This document shows positions 28,774 to 38,113 of a stretch of 64,000 nucleotides of DNA, piece after piece. The notes below the pieces were generated by a model. The model had not been told where the DNA came from, did no database searches, and saw only the letters and a list, made by a program, of their open reading frames with translations. Made by a program: the position numbers and the translations under genes. Position 1 is the stretch's first letter, and the number at the start of each line of letters is the position of its first letter. The stretch is taken from positions 1,568,001 to 1,632,000 of the forward strand of contig CBDFJF010000002.1 in assembly GCA_965248265.1 (NCBI GenBank), read 5' to 3'. This stretch comes from Candidatus Latescibacterota bacterium (GTDB lineage: Bacteria; Latescibacterota; UBA2968; UBA8231).

Positions 28774-29601
28774 ATGAGATCTTCGGAATCTTCGCTTCAA
28801 GCCGATTTCCAGAAGGACGGTTTTTACATTTCGAAAGAGCCCGCTCTCGACACAGATCTGGTCAATCGAGCTCGTGCCGGCATGGACCTGCTGCGTGAGG
28901 GGGTGTACGACACTGGAACGCCGCATGCGGGAGGAAAATGGAAACCGGGGGATGATCCCAACAGCTTGTGCAAAATGGAAATCCCCCAGCTGGGCAACCT
29001 GGCTATAAGGGAGTTGATAACCTCTGCGGAAATCGGACGCCTGGCAGCGGCGGCCACCGGAGCGGCGATGATCCAGGTCTGGTGGGTGCAGCTGTTGTAC
29101 AAGCCACCCACACCCGACGACGAGCAGGCTCCGAACCGGGTGGGCTGGCACCAGGATTGGAACTACTGGAAGCCGAGTTGGGAAGATGGGAGCGAACTGT
29201 TTACCGCATGGGTAGCGCTGTCCGATGTCGAGGTGGATTCAGGCCCCATGCGTTTCGTACGCAGCAGCCACAAGTGGGGACATGTCGACGGCAGCGACTT
29301 CTACAGTCAGGAGACAGGCCAGGGGGGAATCGAGCCACCGCAAGGAAGCGAGTGGGAGGAAGTACCAGCGCCGATGCCGGGGGGTGCCCTGAGTTTACAT
29401 GACAAGCTGACGTTTCATGGCAGCGACATCAACAGGTCCTCCCAACCGCGGCGCAGCCTCGCTGTGCATCTGCGCACCGAAAACAGCCACCCGCAAGGCA
29501 ACCCGAAAGAAGGGACATGCAGGTTCATGGACCAGGAGGAGATCTGCCCCGTGATCTACGGTGATCCGTCTCTGAGCGCTTTTTCCCCAGCGGACGCCTA
29601 G
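28774..29601 (+). CDS. Phytanoyl-CoA dioxygenase family protein (close paralog of 12595-13374)
   Basis: QVWWVQLLYKP, VGWHQD, SELFTAWVAL, KLTFHGS...RRSLAVHLRTENS. Confidence 0.92.
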   Translation: MRSSESSLQADFQKDGFYISKEPALDTDLVNRARAGMDLLREGVYDTGTPHAGGKWKPGDDPNSLCKMEIPQLGNLAIRELITSAEIGRLAAAATGAAMIQVWWVQLLYKPPTPDDEQAPNRVGWHQDWNYWKPSWEDGSELFTAWVALSDVEVDSGPMRFVRSSHKWGHVDGSDFYSQETGQGGIEPPQGSEWEEVPAPMPGGALSLHDKLTFHGSDINRSSQPRRSLAVHLRTENSHPQGNPKEGTCRFMDQEEICPVIYGDPSLSAFSPADA

Positions 29602-29602
29602 T

Positions 29603-30429
29603 ATGAGCGCCAACGACATCACCGTTTTCACGAAACCGTGGGACGGGGAAGTGGGTCTGGAAGAGCTGGGCAAGAAGATGAAGGAGATCGGTGTCCAGGG
29701 TGTGGAACTGCCGGTGCGACCGGGGTACCAGGTCGAGCCTGAGAACATCGCCAAGGACCTGCCGAAGGCTGTCAGGATCCTTGGTGACCAGGGCATCAAG
29801 ATCGGCTCCGTCGCGGGTTCGGTCGACGAGCCTACGATCAACGCCATGGGGGAGTGCGACGTTAAGATCCTTCGTATCTGCGTGGGCATCGACATGAGCA
29901 TCGGCTACATGGCGACGGAGGAAAAGCTGCGGAAGGAGTGGGAATACTGATTCCGCAGCTCGACAAGGCGGGTGTGAACATCGGTGTCCAGAATCACTGC
30001 AACAACATGGTGGGAAGTGCCATCGGCATCATGCATCTAATTGAGAAATACGATCCGAAACACGTGAGCGCTGTCTATGATCCCGCACACTGCGGTCTCG
30101 ACGGCGAACCCGAACTGATGGGCCTTGACATTTGCTGGTCACACCTGAGCCTGGTCAATCTCAAGAGCGCTTACCGCCAACGCACCAACGGCTACGACGA
30201 ACCGGAGGCTGCTCACCTCGACATCTGGTCAACCTGCCGTCACGGGCTGTTCTCATGGCGCAACGTGGTGACAGAGATGAAGAAGCGCGGATACGATGCC
30301 GATATCTGTTTGCCGGCCGAATACACCGCCTTTGAGGACGGGAACCCGACCGGGATGCAGATGGGAGACACCTGCCTGGACTCTCTGAAAGTGGATATCT
30401 CGTACCTAAAGCAACTGATGGCCGAGTAA
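29603..30429 (+). pseudogene. Sugar phosphate isomerase/epimerase (xylose isomerase-like TIM barrel), frameshifted near 29945
   Basis: The N-half (VFTKPW, GVELPVRPG) stops at TGA 29948-50. The C-half (VQNH, YDPAH, VNLK, AEY) continues in the -1 frame. Confidence 0.8.
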
Positions 30430-30510
30430 AGTCGAGCGCCCAATTCCAGGACTGAAACGAAGCAGTAGCCGCCGCTTCAGCAGACCTTCGCTCCACTTGG
30501 CAACGAATCA

Positions 30511-31373
30511 ATGATAGAAGGATGCCCATTGCGAGCCCGTTCTCACCACCGACGGCTTTACCCAGCGCGAGCTCTCCTGACGATAGTCTTCGCATTCACG
30601 TTACCTATTTCTGCTGCGGCTCAACGGAATGTGAGCACAGCGCGAGGCCTGACCGCTGATCCAAACGCTCCGAACTTCGCATTTGAGCAGCGTGGCAGTG
30701 TTCGTGCAAGGTTCGCGATTCTAATTCCCGTAGTTGCCCACGACACATCGGGCCCGTTCATATCCCTGTTCCCACTCGTAGAACTGCACGATGGTCGAAA
30801 CTCGGATGTCCTCCCGGTGAAGTCGCTCCCGAACGAGTTCTGGCGGGGACGGTTCGGTGTTGAGGTAGGATGGCAGGTTCGCTTGCCAACAGCCCGTTCC
30901 CCGACGTTGCGAGTTGCAGTCGGGGCCGAGCACGAAAGCGATCACAAGAGCTACGATGTCGAATACTACGAGCGCAATCTCAATGATTACTTCTTGCGTG
31001 CTGACCTGTTTTGGCCATTGCAGCGAGGCTTTGTCTCGGGGGCGCTTATCGAACGTTTCCACTCGAATACGCACACTCGGGTGTGTGCTGGCGATCGGCA
31101 CAGTTTTGAACAAGCAGTAGAGTTCACGGCGAGTCTCCAACCCTGGACGTCAGACCGCTTTGCCCTGTTCGCCAGCGTTTTTGCTTCCCGGCTATTCGAA
31201 GCTGATTGCATTGCCAATGAGGCTAGTCTGGTGACGAAGGCAGGGTTCAGCAATGTCTCGCGACACGGCGTGTGGCAGCTGTACTTGTCGATACAAAAGG
31301 GGATGTTGGCCAGAACCCGGGCTGGACTGCAACAAGGGGGGGGCTGGGGTTGGCGTGGAGTCCTATGCTCTAA
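30511..31373 (+). CDS. Putative outer-membrane beta-barrel protein with a -1 frameshift near 31300
   Basis: Signal-like LLTIVFAFTLPISAAAQ, amphipathic strands, EHESDH. The -1 frame continues DVGQNPGWTATRGGLGLAWSPML-stop, which removes the 200-nt overlap with the next gene. Confidence 0.5.
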
Positions 31374-31420
31374 CACTTATTTCGCTGGCGGTGATCGGCA
31401 AGGCACACGGAAGGAAAGCC

Positions 31421-32452
31421 ATGGATGTTCTCGAACGATACGTAGCAATCGACAACAAATGCGCCTGGCCGAATCTCACCCTCATGCCGGACGGCAGCAT
31501 CATTGCCGCCGTCTTTGGCGAGCCCTGTCACCTGTTGTGGGAAGGTGCGGCGGAATGCTGGCGCAGCCAGGATGGTGGCAGAAGTTGGTCGTTCTTGAGT
31601 GTGCCGGTTCCCAACGAGAAGGGAACTAACAGAGGCAACCTGGCTGTGGGTCTGACACACTCAGGTGCGTTGGTCGCCGTGTGCAGCGGTCGAGACAACG
31701 TCAGCCCGAAGGGAGTGCGGCCTGATCCCGACGACGACGAGGGCAGTCTCGTACTGGCGCCCATCGTATCAAGGTCGGAAGACGGCGGCACCACCTGGGC
31801 CCCCGAAAACCAGTTGTTTGCCCCTGTAACCGGTGAGGTAAAACCGTATGGCGACATTGTCAGGCTGCCGGAAGGTCGGCTGGCTGTTTCATGCTATTCG
31901 TCGACGGACGAATTCGCGGTCGACGAAAGCGGTGATAGCGCCTGGATCTATTTCAGCGATGATGACGGGCGAACCTGGGGTGATGCCCGGCTCATCGGCG
32001 ACGGTTATAACGAAACCGACCTTCTGGTCCTGGGGGAGGGTAAGCTGCTGGCTGCAAGTCGCACAAACAGAACCGCCGAGACCGGGATTTTCGCCTCGAG
32101 TGACGCAGGGCAATCCTGGACCTGTCGGGGTCCGGTAACACAGCCCCGGCACATGCCGGCACATCTTCAGCAGCTGCAGGACACGTCGATCTTGCTAACC
32201 TATGGCGTGCGCCTGCGGGGTATGCTCGGTGTCTGCGCCAGCATCAGTCGCGATGAGGGTGCCACCTGGGATGATCCGCGTGTTCTGTTCAACACACCAG
32301 CCTACCAGTCGGATACCAGCAGCAAAGGAACGGACGGAGGGTATCCGGCCAGCGTGCAGTTAACCGACGCCACCATTGTCACTGCCTACTACTGCGAACA
32401 CATTCCCATGCATTCTCGCTATCACATGGGTGTCGTACGGTGGCGGCCATGA
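31421..32452 (+). CDS. Sialidase/BNR (Asp-box) repeat protein
   Basis: AWPNL and Asp-boxes SQDGGRSW, SEDGGTTW, SDDDGRTW, SSDAGQSW, SRDEGATW; DGGYPASV. Confidence 0.88.
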   Translation: MDVLERYVAIDNKCAWPNLTLMPDGSIIAAVFGEPCHLLWEGAAECWRSQDGGRSWSFLSVPVPNEKGTNRGNLAVGLTHSGALVAVCSGRDNVSPKGVRPDPDDDEGSLVLAPIVSRSEDGGTTWAPENQLFAPVTGEVKPYGDIVRLPEGRLAVSCYSSTDEFAVDESGDSAWIYFSDDDGRTWGDARLIGDGYNETDLLVLGEGKLLAASRTNRTAETGIFASSDAGQSWTCRGPVTQPRHMPAHLQQLQDTSILLTYGVRLRGMLGVCASISRDEGATWDDPRVLFNTPAYQSDTSSKGTDGGYPASVQLTDATIVTAYYCEHIPMHSRYHMGVVRWRP

Positions 32453-33057
32453 ATGAGCTGCTTCCCGGTCTGCACCACTGGCGGACCCACAATTCCGATA
32501 TTGATGGCGATGTCGACTGCTACTGGGCAACCTCTGCCGGCGTCAGCTATGTGTTGGATCCTCTGGCGCCCTCAGCAGGCCTTGATGTCTTCGATGGCGA
32601 CAGGGCGCCTTCCCACGTTTACATGACCAACCGCCTGCACGATCGCAGCTGCGATGAGTTCGCGCAACGATTCGGCGCTACCGTGTGGTGTCCGCGCGCC
32701 GGTCTGCATGAGTATGCCGATGGCAGCTTGAACGTCACCGCCTACGATTCCGGTGAGCTGCCTGGAGGCGTGCTGGCTTTCGATATCGGCGTCATCTGTG
32801 CGGACGAAATGGCTTTGTTGCTACCGGTGGACGATGGCGTGCTGGCCATTGCCGACAGCTTCATTCGTTACGGAGATGACATCGGCTTCGTACCGGACTA
32901 TCTGATGGGTGACAATTCCGAGGACATTAAATCGCGTACCAAGACTCGGTTTCTGGAGCTGTGCGAGGAAGTCGACTTCGAGCATCTGGTCTTCGCTCAT
33001 GGTACGCCGATCATCGGCGGGGCGCGCGACATCCTGGGGCGGTTCTGCGAAGGGTAG
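32449..33057 (+). CDS. Degenerate metallo-beta-lactamase-fold protein
   Basis: VLDPL, MTNRLHDRS, IADS, FEHLVFAHGTP. ATGA overlap with the upstream gene. Confidence 0.7.
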   Translation: MNELLPGLHHWRTHNSDIDGDVDCYWATSAGVSYVLDPLAPSAGLDVFDGDRAPSHVYMTNRLHDRSCDEFAQRFGATVWCPRAGLHEYADGSLNVTAYDSGELPGGVLAFDIGVICADEMALLLPVDDGVLAIADSFIRYGDDIGFVPDYLMGDNSEDIKSRTKTRFLELCEEVDFEHLVFAHGTPIIGGARDILGRFCEG

Positions 33058-33196
33058 GTAGGTACACCGCGAGCACCGTGTGGGGGTGTGAAGCGACGCT
33101 ACTTCCCGGGTTCTGGCCAATCTGCTACGCAGGTCTCTTGCCCCGCGAACCGTTGGCAGTTGGTTTTATGCTTACCCCCTACGTATATTCTAGATT

Positions 33197-33646
33197 ATGA
33201 AAATGCCTAAGGAAATCCGTGAGCAGTTTCGGCGTCACGGCCGCGACGGCGGCCAGGCTCGGGCAGAGCGCATGAGTCCGGCCGCGAGACGAGCGGTGGC
33301 ACGTCGAGCCGCAACTACGAGGTGGATTCGACAACGTTTCGGGGCTTCGAGTTTTGAAGCACTGGGCTTGCCCGGTGGAGAGGTGATCGACACTGGTCTT
33401 GCCGATCTCGCCGCAGGAAAAGCGACGGAGGAGAGCATGCTAGTCTCCCTTGCGGCGTCTCGCCTGCGTCGAGAAGGTGTGCCCATCGGGCAGGTTCATT
33501 CAGACCCTGAAGATCGTCTCTACGATCTGCTAGCGCGTTCCAGCGATCTGGCACACGCTCGGTACGGCGCCTACCTGCGCCAAGCCACTTCCTTTGCAGA
33601 CGCGTGTCACGTAGCACGCATCGATCAGCGCGAAAGTGCGCGGTAA
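33197..33646 (+). CDS. Hypothetical two-part protein, putative antitoxin/regulator
   Basis: Basic N-terminal motif GRDGGQARAERMSPAARRAVARRAATTRW, then helical LPGGEVIDTGLADL...PEDRLYDLL...AHARY. Overlaps the downstream NTase gene by 11 nt. Confidence 0.7.
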   Translation: MKMPKEIREQFRRHGRDGGQARAERMSPAARRAVARRAATTRWIRQRFGASSFEALGLPGGEVIDTGLADLAAGKATEESMLVSLAASRLRREGVPIGQVHSDPEDRLYDLLARSSDLAHARYGAYLRQATSFADACHVARIDQRESAR

Positions 33647-34175
33647 GCTCACACGCGAGGGGCTCAAGAGCCTGATGAAGGAACTCGCGCGGTCATCGGC
33701 GGATTCGCAGTCGAGCAGAGTCTTCATTGTCGGGGGTGGGACGGCGGTTCTCTCAGGTTGGCGCGCTTCCACCATCGACGCCGACCTGCACAGCGACAGC
33801 GACGAAGTCTTTCGAGATATCCAGGCTATCAAGGAGCGCCTCCAACTAAATGTCGAGTTCGCGCGTCCTGAACAATTCGTTCCCGAACTCGCCGGTAGCG
33901 AGACACGCCACGTCTTCATCGAGACGATTGGTAGCGTGAGCTTTTTCCATTACGATCCCTACGCGCAGCTGTTGTCAAAGATTGTAAGGGGGTTCGACAG
34001 GGACTTGGAGGATGCCAGGAACTTTTTCTCGAGCGGAATGGTCGATGTGGAGCGCTTCCGGTCCCTGGTGTACCAGATTCCCGAAGCGGCTTACTCATTG
34101 TACCCGGCTCTTTCCCGGACAGCCGTCGAGGGAGCCGTGGATGGTTTCCTGGATGAAGGGGAGAGCCAGTCTTGA
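33636..34175 (+). CDS. DUF6036/AbiEii-like nucleotidyltransferase
   Basis: IVGGGTAVLSGWRASTIDADL (GG...R.T.D.D) and LSKIVRGFDRDLEDA. Confidence 0.78.
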   Translation: MRGKLTREGLKSLMKELARSSADSQSSRVFIVGGGTAVLSGWRASTIDADLHSDSDEVFRDIQAIKERLQLNVEFARPEQFVPELAGSETRHVFIETIGSVSFFHYDPYAQLLSKIVRGFDRDLEDARNFFSSGMVDVERFRSLVYQIPEAAYSLYPALSRTAVEGAVDGFLDEGESQS

Positions 34176-34208
34176 CCCAGGAAGTCTCCACGTTCATCGT
34201 TGCCCTCT

Positions 34209-35273
34209 TCAAGACTCGAGCTGGGCCGCGACCTGGTTGAGAACGCGATGAATTTCGGCCAGGGCTTCTGAATCGATCCCTTGTCCCAGGAGACGCCAGC
34301 TGGCAGGGTTGGTGCCGCCTGCTTCCAACGGTTCGTAAAGAAACTGGATCGCCAACCGAAAGGTTCCCGCGCGCTCACGGTCATGAAGCGTGGCTCGAAC
34401 GATGCGTCCCAGTAGCCAGAATCGCGGCGGAATTTCCGCACGCACGTCTTCGATGTTGTGGGGCAGGCTCAGGCTGGCTTGGATGGTGAGCAGAACAAGG
34501 TCAGGCCGCTGCAGCGCGCGCTCCATGTTCTTTGCAGCGGACGTCGCTGCCAGCACCAGCGCAAGCTCCTCGTCTCCCTCGATCTGTATTCCAGTCACGC
34601 TGAAATTCACTACCCGCACTGTGCACGGGTCGGAGACTGTGAGTCCTGGAGTGGCTGCGATCAGTCGTTCCTGCTTTTTCTGATTTTCCGGCGCGGGTAG
34701 ATTGGTCAGGCTCAGGGAGCACGCCATCGAAACGTAGCGAACAGCATCACCGGTCGGTAAGCTGTCATTGCCATGCACCGATGAGCCGTCGAAGGAAAAG
34801 CGCATGATTTCACGTCTGTCGGCATTGGTCACTTCACCCTGAGAGCGGACTCTATAGAGCCGTCCTTTCTCCAAACCTAACCGATTCCGCAAGCGCCTGG
34901 ACAGACGCCGGCGGGTTACAAATCTCACCGTCAGGGTGTAGGGTATGCCAGCGTGATTGAAGCGTATGCTCATGAGCTTGGTCAGGAGCCGGACCCTGCG
35001 GGGTGGATCAGAAATGGCGACGTAAAAACCTGTCAGCTTGCGCGAAATTTTCCCCGAGCTGTCTCGCAGGATCAATCCACGACCGCCCCAAGTCTGCTCC
35101 CCGTCTTGGTGACTGGTCACAAAGACTTCGTTCACGGAGACGTCATCGAGGTAGTCGAGAACGCGCCGCCGTTCGTCGCGCGCCTGGCGGCGGCGTAGCA
35201 TAACCACGGCGACAGTGGCCGCAGCGAGGAGGATGAGGAGGCCGGCAAGAGCCCACGATGTATCGAATGTCAT
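34209..35273 (-). CDS. Membrane-anchored PilZ-like protein
   Basis: N-terminal TM helix (WALAGLLILLAAATVAVVML), RREIMR (RxxxR), NFSVTG (NxSxxG), GRIVR...LAIQF. Confidence 0.6.
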   Translation of the reverse strand: MTFDTSWALAGLLILLAAATVAVVMLRRRQARDERRRVLDYLDDVSVNEVFVTSHQDGEQTWGGRGLILRDSSGKISRKLTGFYVAISDPPRRVRLLTKLMSIRFNHAGIPYTLTVRFVTRRRLSRRLRNRLGLEKGRLYRVRSQGEVTNADRREIMRFSFDGSSVHGNDSLPTGDAVRYVSMACSLSLTNLPAPENQKKQERLIAATPGLTVSDPCTVRVVNFSVTGIQIEGDEELALVLAATSAAKNMERALQRPDLVLLTIQASLSLPHNIEDVRAEIPPRFWLLGRIVRATLHDRERAGTFRLAIQFLYEPLEAGGTNPASWRLLGQGIDSEALAEIHRVLNQVAAQLES

Positions 35274-35280
35274 CGTTCGA

Positions 35281-36027
35281 TCAGTAGGTCGCTCGTCCGC
35301 CGCTGACATCGAAGCACTGCCCCGTGGTGAACGTCGACTCCTCCGAGGCGAGGAACAGGATGGTCGCCGCTACTTCCTCGGGCCGGCCGAGTCTGCCGAG
35401 GGGGATCTTCGATGTCAGGAAATCAACGCGTTCTCTTTCCATCCCCTGCAGTATCGGAGTGTCGATCAAGGCCGGTGCTACGCAGTTGACGCGGATGCCG
35501 TCCGTCAGGACTTCCTTGGCGAGTGCCTTGGTAAAGCAGATGACCCCCGCCTTTGACACGGAGTAGGGCGCCATGTTGGCGTTCCCCTCCTTGCCGGAGA
35601 TGGATGCCAGGGAGACGATGGCTCCCGCCTTTTTCGGGATCATGTGGCGGACAGCGGCGCGCGAGCACAGGAAGGTCCCCGTCAGGTTGATGTCCAGGAC
35701 GCGACTCCAGTCCGCCTCGTCGAGGTCCCTCACGGGTGTGTCGCTTCCGACAATGCCGGCGTTGTTGACCAGAATGTCTACGCCACCAAGCCGATCGACG
35801 ACTTCGGCGAAAGCCCGGTCCACTTCGTCTGCCCTGGCCACGTCAGCGCCGACGGCGATGGTGGATCCCCCGATCTGCTCGGCTGCCCGCTGCGCTGCGT
35901 CCAGATCCACGTCCAGGATGGCAACCTGTCCTCCTTCGGTGGCAAAACGCTGGGCGATGGCATAGCCGATGCCCTGCGCCGCTCCCGTGACAACGGCGGT
36001 TTTCTGATTGAGCGGTTGTGCATTCAT
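35281..36027 (-). CDS. Short-chain dehydrogenase/reductase (FabG-like)
   Basis: TGAAQGIG, LVNNAG, YSVSK, VNCVAP. Confidence 0.93.
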   Translation of the reverse strand: MNAQPLNQKTAVVTGAAQGIGYAIAQRFATEGGQVAILDVDLDAAQRAAEQIGGSTIAVGADVARADEVDRAFAEVVDRLGGVDILVNNAGIVGSDTPVRDLDEADWSRVLDINLTGTFLCSRAAVRHMIPKKAGAIVSLASISGKEGNANMAPYSVSKAGVICFTKALAKEVLTDGIRVNCVAPALIDTPILQGMERERVDFLTSKIPLGRLGRPEEVAATILFLASEESTFTTGQCFDVSGGRATY

Positions 36028-37586
36028 AGGACACCTTCCTTCGGTGTGCTGTCCGCTGGTCCTCCGGTTGTGAAAACCCGGAAGTGTCCGTCCTGGTATG
36101 TTCTCCGCAAGGCGGTGCAATCCTCCAGCTGTTCCTCGGTGACAACGTGTGTCACTCCATATCGCGATACAATCTCTCGCAAGTGGTGACAACGCGACTC
36201 GGCTGCCCCTTCATAGAATTGGCTGGCATCCTTCACTCGGGCATGCCAGTCTATGACCTCGATGTCTCGGTACGGATGCGTCTTGTAATCCACCAGGATT
36301 GCCGCACCCGTACGCAACCTGAATCGATCCATCCAGATCGGTATCAAATAGAGGTCGCTTTTTGACTTTGTGGCGTCCACGAAGTTCATCATCGGAATGT
36401 AGTCTTCTTCGATGAGATGCCTTTGCTTGAGGTGGAATCCAACGACTCCCGAAAGAAAAAGTAACCCGAGTATCGTCATACAGGACCAATCTATCGACTT
36501 ACGGAATTCTTCAACTTTGTCATTGTGTTTTTGCATGAAAAAGGATACGGCCCCGGCCACCAGAATAGCGGCAGCCAAAGGCATCAGAAAACTGGAAATA
36601 CGCCAGGGAAATAGCAGTGCCATGAATTTGCTCTCAGTCGAGACCTGAATCAGTGTCAGCGACGCGCTCAAGGCGAATGGTATTCCCAGGACAAGACGCA
36701 AACCTCTCTGCTTCCTCAACACGCAGAGCGTCAAGACAATGAGAGCAATCTTGAATGAGGCTCGGCTGTCAATCCAATTGCTGACCACGGCGTGGTGTGG
36801 AATCCGGTAATCGATCAGAATGCTCTGGGCATGATCGAGGCTCTCCGGAGAGGTGGGCGCGAAGGATGCGTAGGTGTACAGAACGACGGGTATGACGATG
36901 ATTACTCCGAGCAAACCAGTATAAAGTGCTTCTCTGTAGTTTTTATCGTGCAGAACGAGTGCGCTCATGTACGACAGGACGAGTGATGCCGCACTCAGGA
37001 GGTACGAGGCGTGCACGGTGGCCGCGACGCCCAACCACAGTACGGCAATCAGTGGTTTCTTGCGGAGGAAGACATATATCGATAACAGCAGAAAGACACC
37101 AAAAGTGCTGGGTTGGAATACCGATCCCAGGATGTATTGCTCTGCTACTCCGTCCTGAAAAAAAGCCCTCATATCGACGCCGGTCGCCTTCGACGTCAGC
37201 CATTGGAAAGCACCAGAGCTCATGCCGGCAACGACAACGAAGCTCAAACGATACGCTCTGCTTGACCGGTCGATTTCCCAGGCAATCGAGACGATCCCCA
37301 TGGTGCTGTAAATGAAGACACCGAGGATCAGTGCGTAGTAGACGTAGAAGAGGACCTCGGATAAGCAGGTATACGTTGTGTGTATCAACAGGCTGAAGAC
37401 AGGGAATGGATCTGTCGTGTTTGCCACCCAATCATCAGCCAGGTGTCCCAGACCGCCCTCGGCCAATCCACGCAACAGGTAGGTGTTTTGATTCGAAGTA
37501 TACAGGGGGCTCTGCACGTAAGCGACGGAAAAAATCGTCCCAAGCCATAGAAACCATACAATCGACGATCGGCGTGATGTGGGCAC
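36024..37586 (-). CDS. Polytopic membrane protein (DUF6798-like, possible GT-C glycosyltransferase)
   Basis: Many TM segments; SNQNTY, DPFPVF, FQPSTFG, RIPHHA, FPWRIS, FRLRTG...VDYKTHP. GTG start at 37586 after GGAG. AT-richer than the flanks. Confidence 0.65.
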   Translation of the reverse strand: MPTSRRSSIVWFLWLGTIFSVAYVQSPLYTSNQNTYLLRGLAEGGLGHLADDWVANTTDPFPVFSLLIHTTYTCLSEVLFYVYYALILGVFIYSTMGIVSIAWEIDRSSRAYRLSFVVVAGMSSGAFQWLTSKATGVDMRAFFQDGVAEQYILGSVFQPSTFGVFLLLSIYVFLRKKPLIAVLWLGVAATVHASYLLSAASLVLSYMSALVLHDKNYREALYTGLLGVIIVIPVVLYTYASFAPTSPESLDHAQSILIDYRIPHHAVVSNWIDSRASFKIALIVLTLCVLRKQRGLRLVLGIPFALSASLTLIQVSTESKFMALLFPWRISSFLMPLAAAILVAGAVSFFMQKHNDKVEEFRKSIDWSCMTILGLLFLSGVVGFHLKQRHLIEEDYIPMMNFVDATKSKSDLYLIPIWMDRFRLRTGAAILVDYKTHPYRDIEVIDWHARVKDASQFYEGAAESRCHHLREIVSRYGVTHVVTEEQLEDCTALRRTYQDGHFRVFTTGGPADSTPKEGVL

Positions 37587-37597
37587 GGGTGAATCTC

Positions 37598-37990
37598 CTA
37601 CATGGGCGAGATCAGGTTGCCCCGCATCCCGGTGAGCCAGTCGATGACCAACCAGGTTCCGGCTACCGTCGCCTCTCCCAGTATCAACCCCAGAAACAGC
37701 GGCTTGAGCTTGTAGTAGAGTCCGGCGCCTCCGTACCTGAGGATGGACAGCTTCAGCAGCCATGCCACGAACACGGAGAACCAGATCTGGCCGGTCATCC
37801 AGCCGACACAGATGACGAAACCAAGCGGGTGCAGGGGCCACCAGTGCAAGCGGTGCTGGGCAAGCATCAGTAACCCCTCGATGGCGGCGCCCAAACCGGT
37901 GAACAGCCAACCCCGTATGTCGGGGGTGCTGGGGTTGAGAATGGGACGCGACTCGGTGAGGAATAAATGGGCGCTTTTCAGACTGGCGGT
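37598..37990 (-). pseudogene. C-terminal remnant of a DUF6785/DUF6784-like membrane transporter
   Basis: HRLHWWPLHPLGF...WFSVFVAWLLKLSILRYGG...KPLFLGLILGE. No room for the long N-terminal part before the divergent gene at 38114. Confidence 0.65.
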
Positions 37991-38113
37991 CAAGAGAGGG
38001 GTGTGAGCCGTTGGCGACGAATCGGTGAATCGCTGAGTTTGCACCTCCTGATGCACAGCCGGCCTGTGTCGCCGGAACATCTAACAAACACAAGGATCTC
38101 TATAGGAGTTACC

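Noticed and set aside
29948-29950. TGA in the sugar isomerase as a second selenocysteine codon
   Set aside because: The downstream coding sequence is in a different frame and the position is not a Cys column.
37587-38093. N-terminal extensions in the ORF track (36024-38093, 6801-8873, 10129, 31253, 39733, 40847, 26898)
   Set aside because: They overlap neighbouring genes or lack family similarity. Downstream starts with an RBS or stop-start coupling are better supported.
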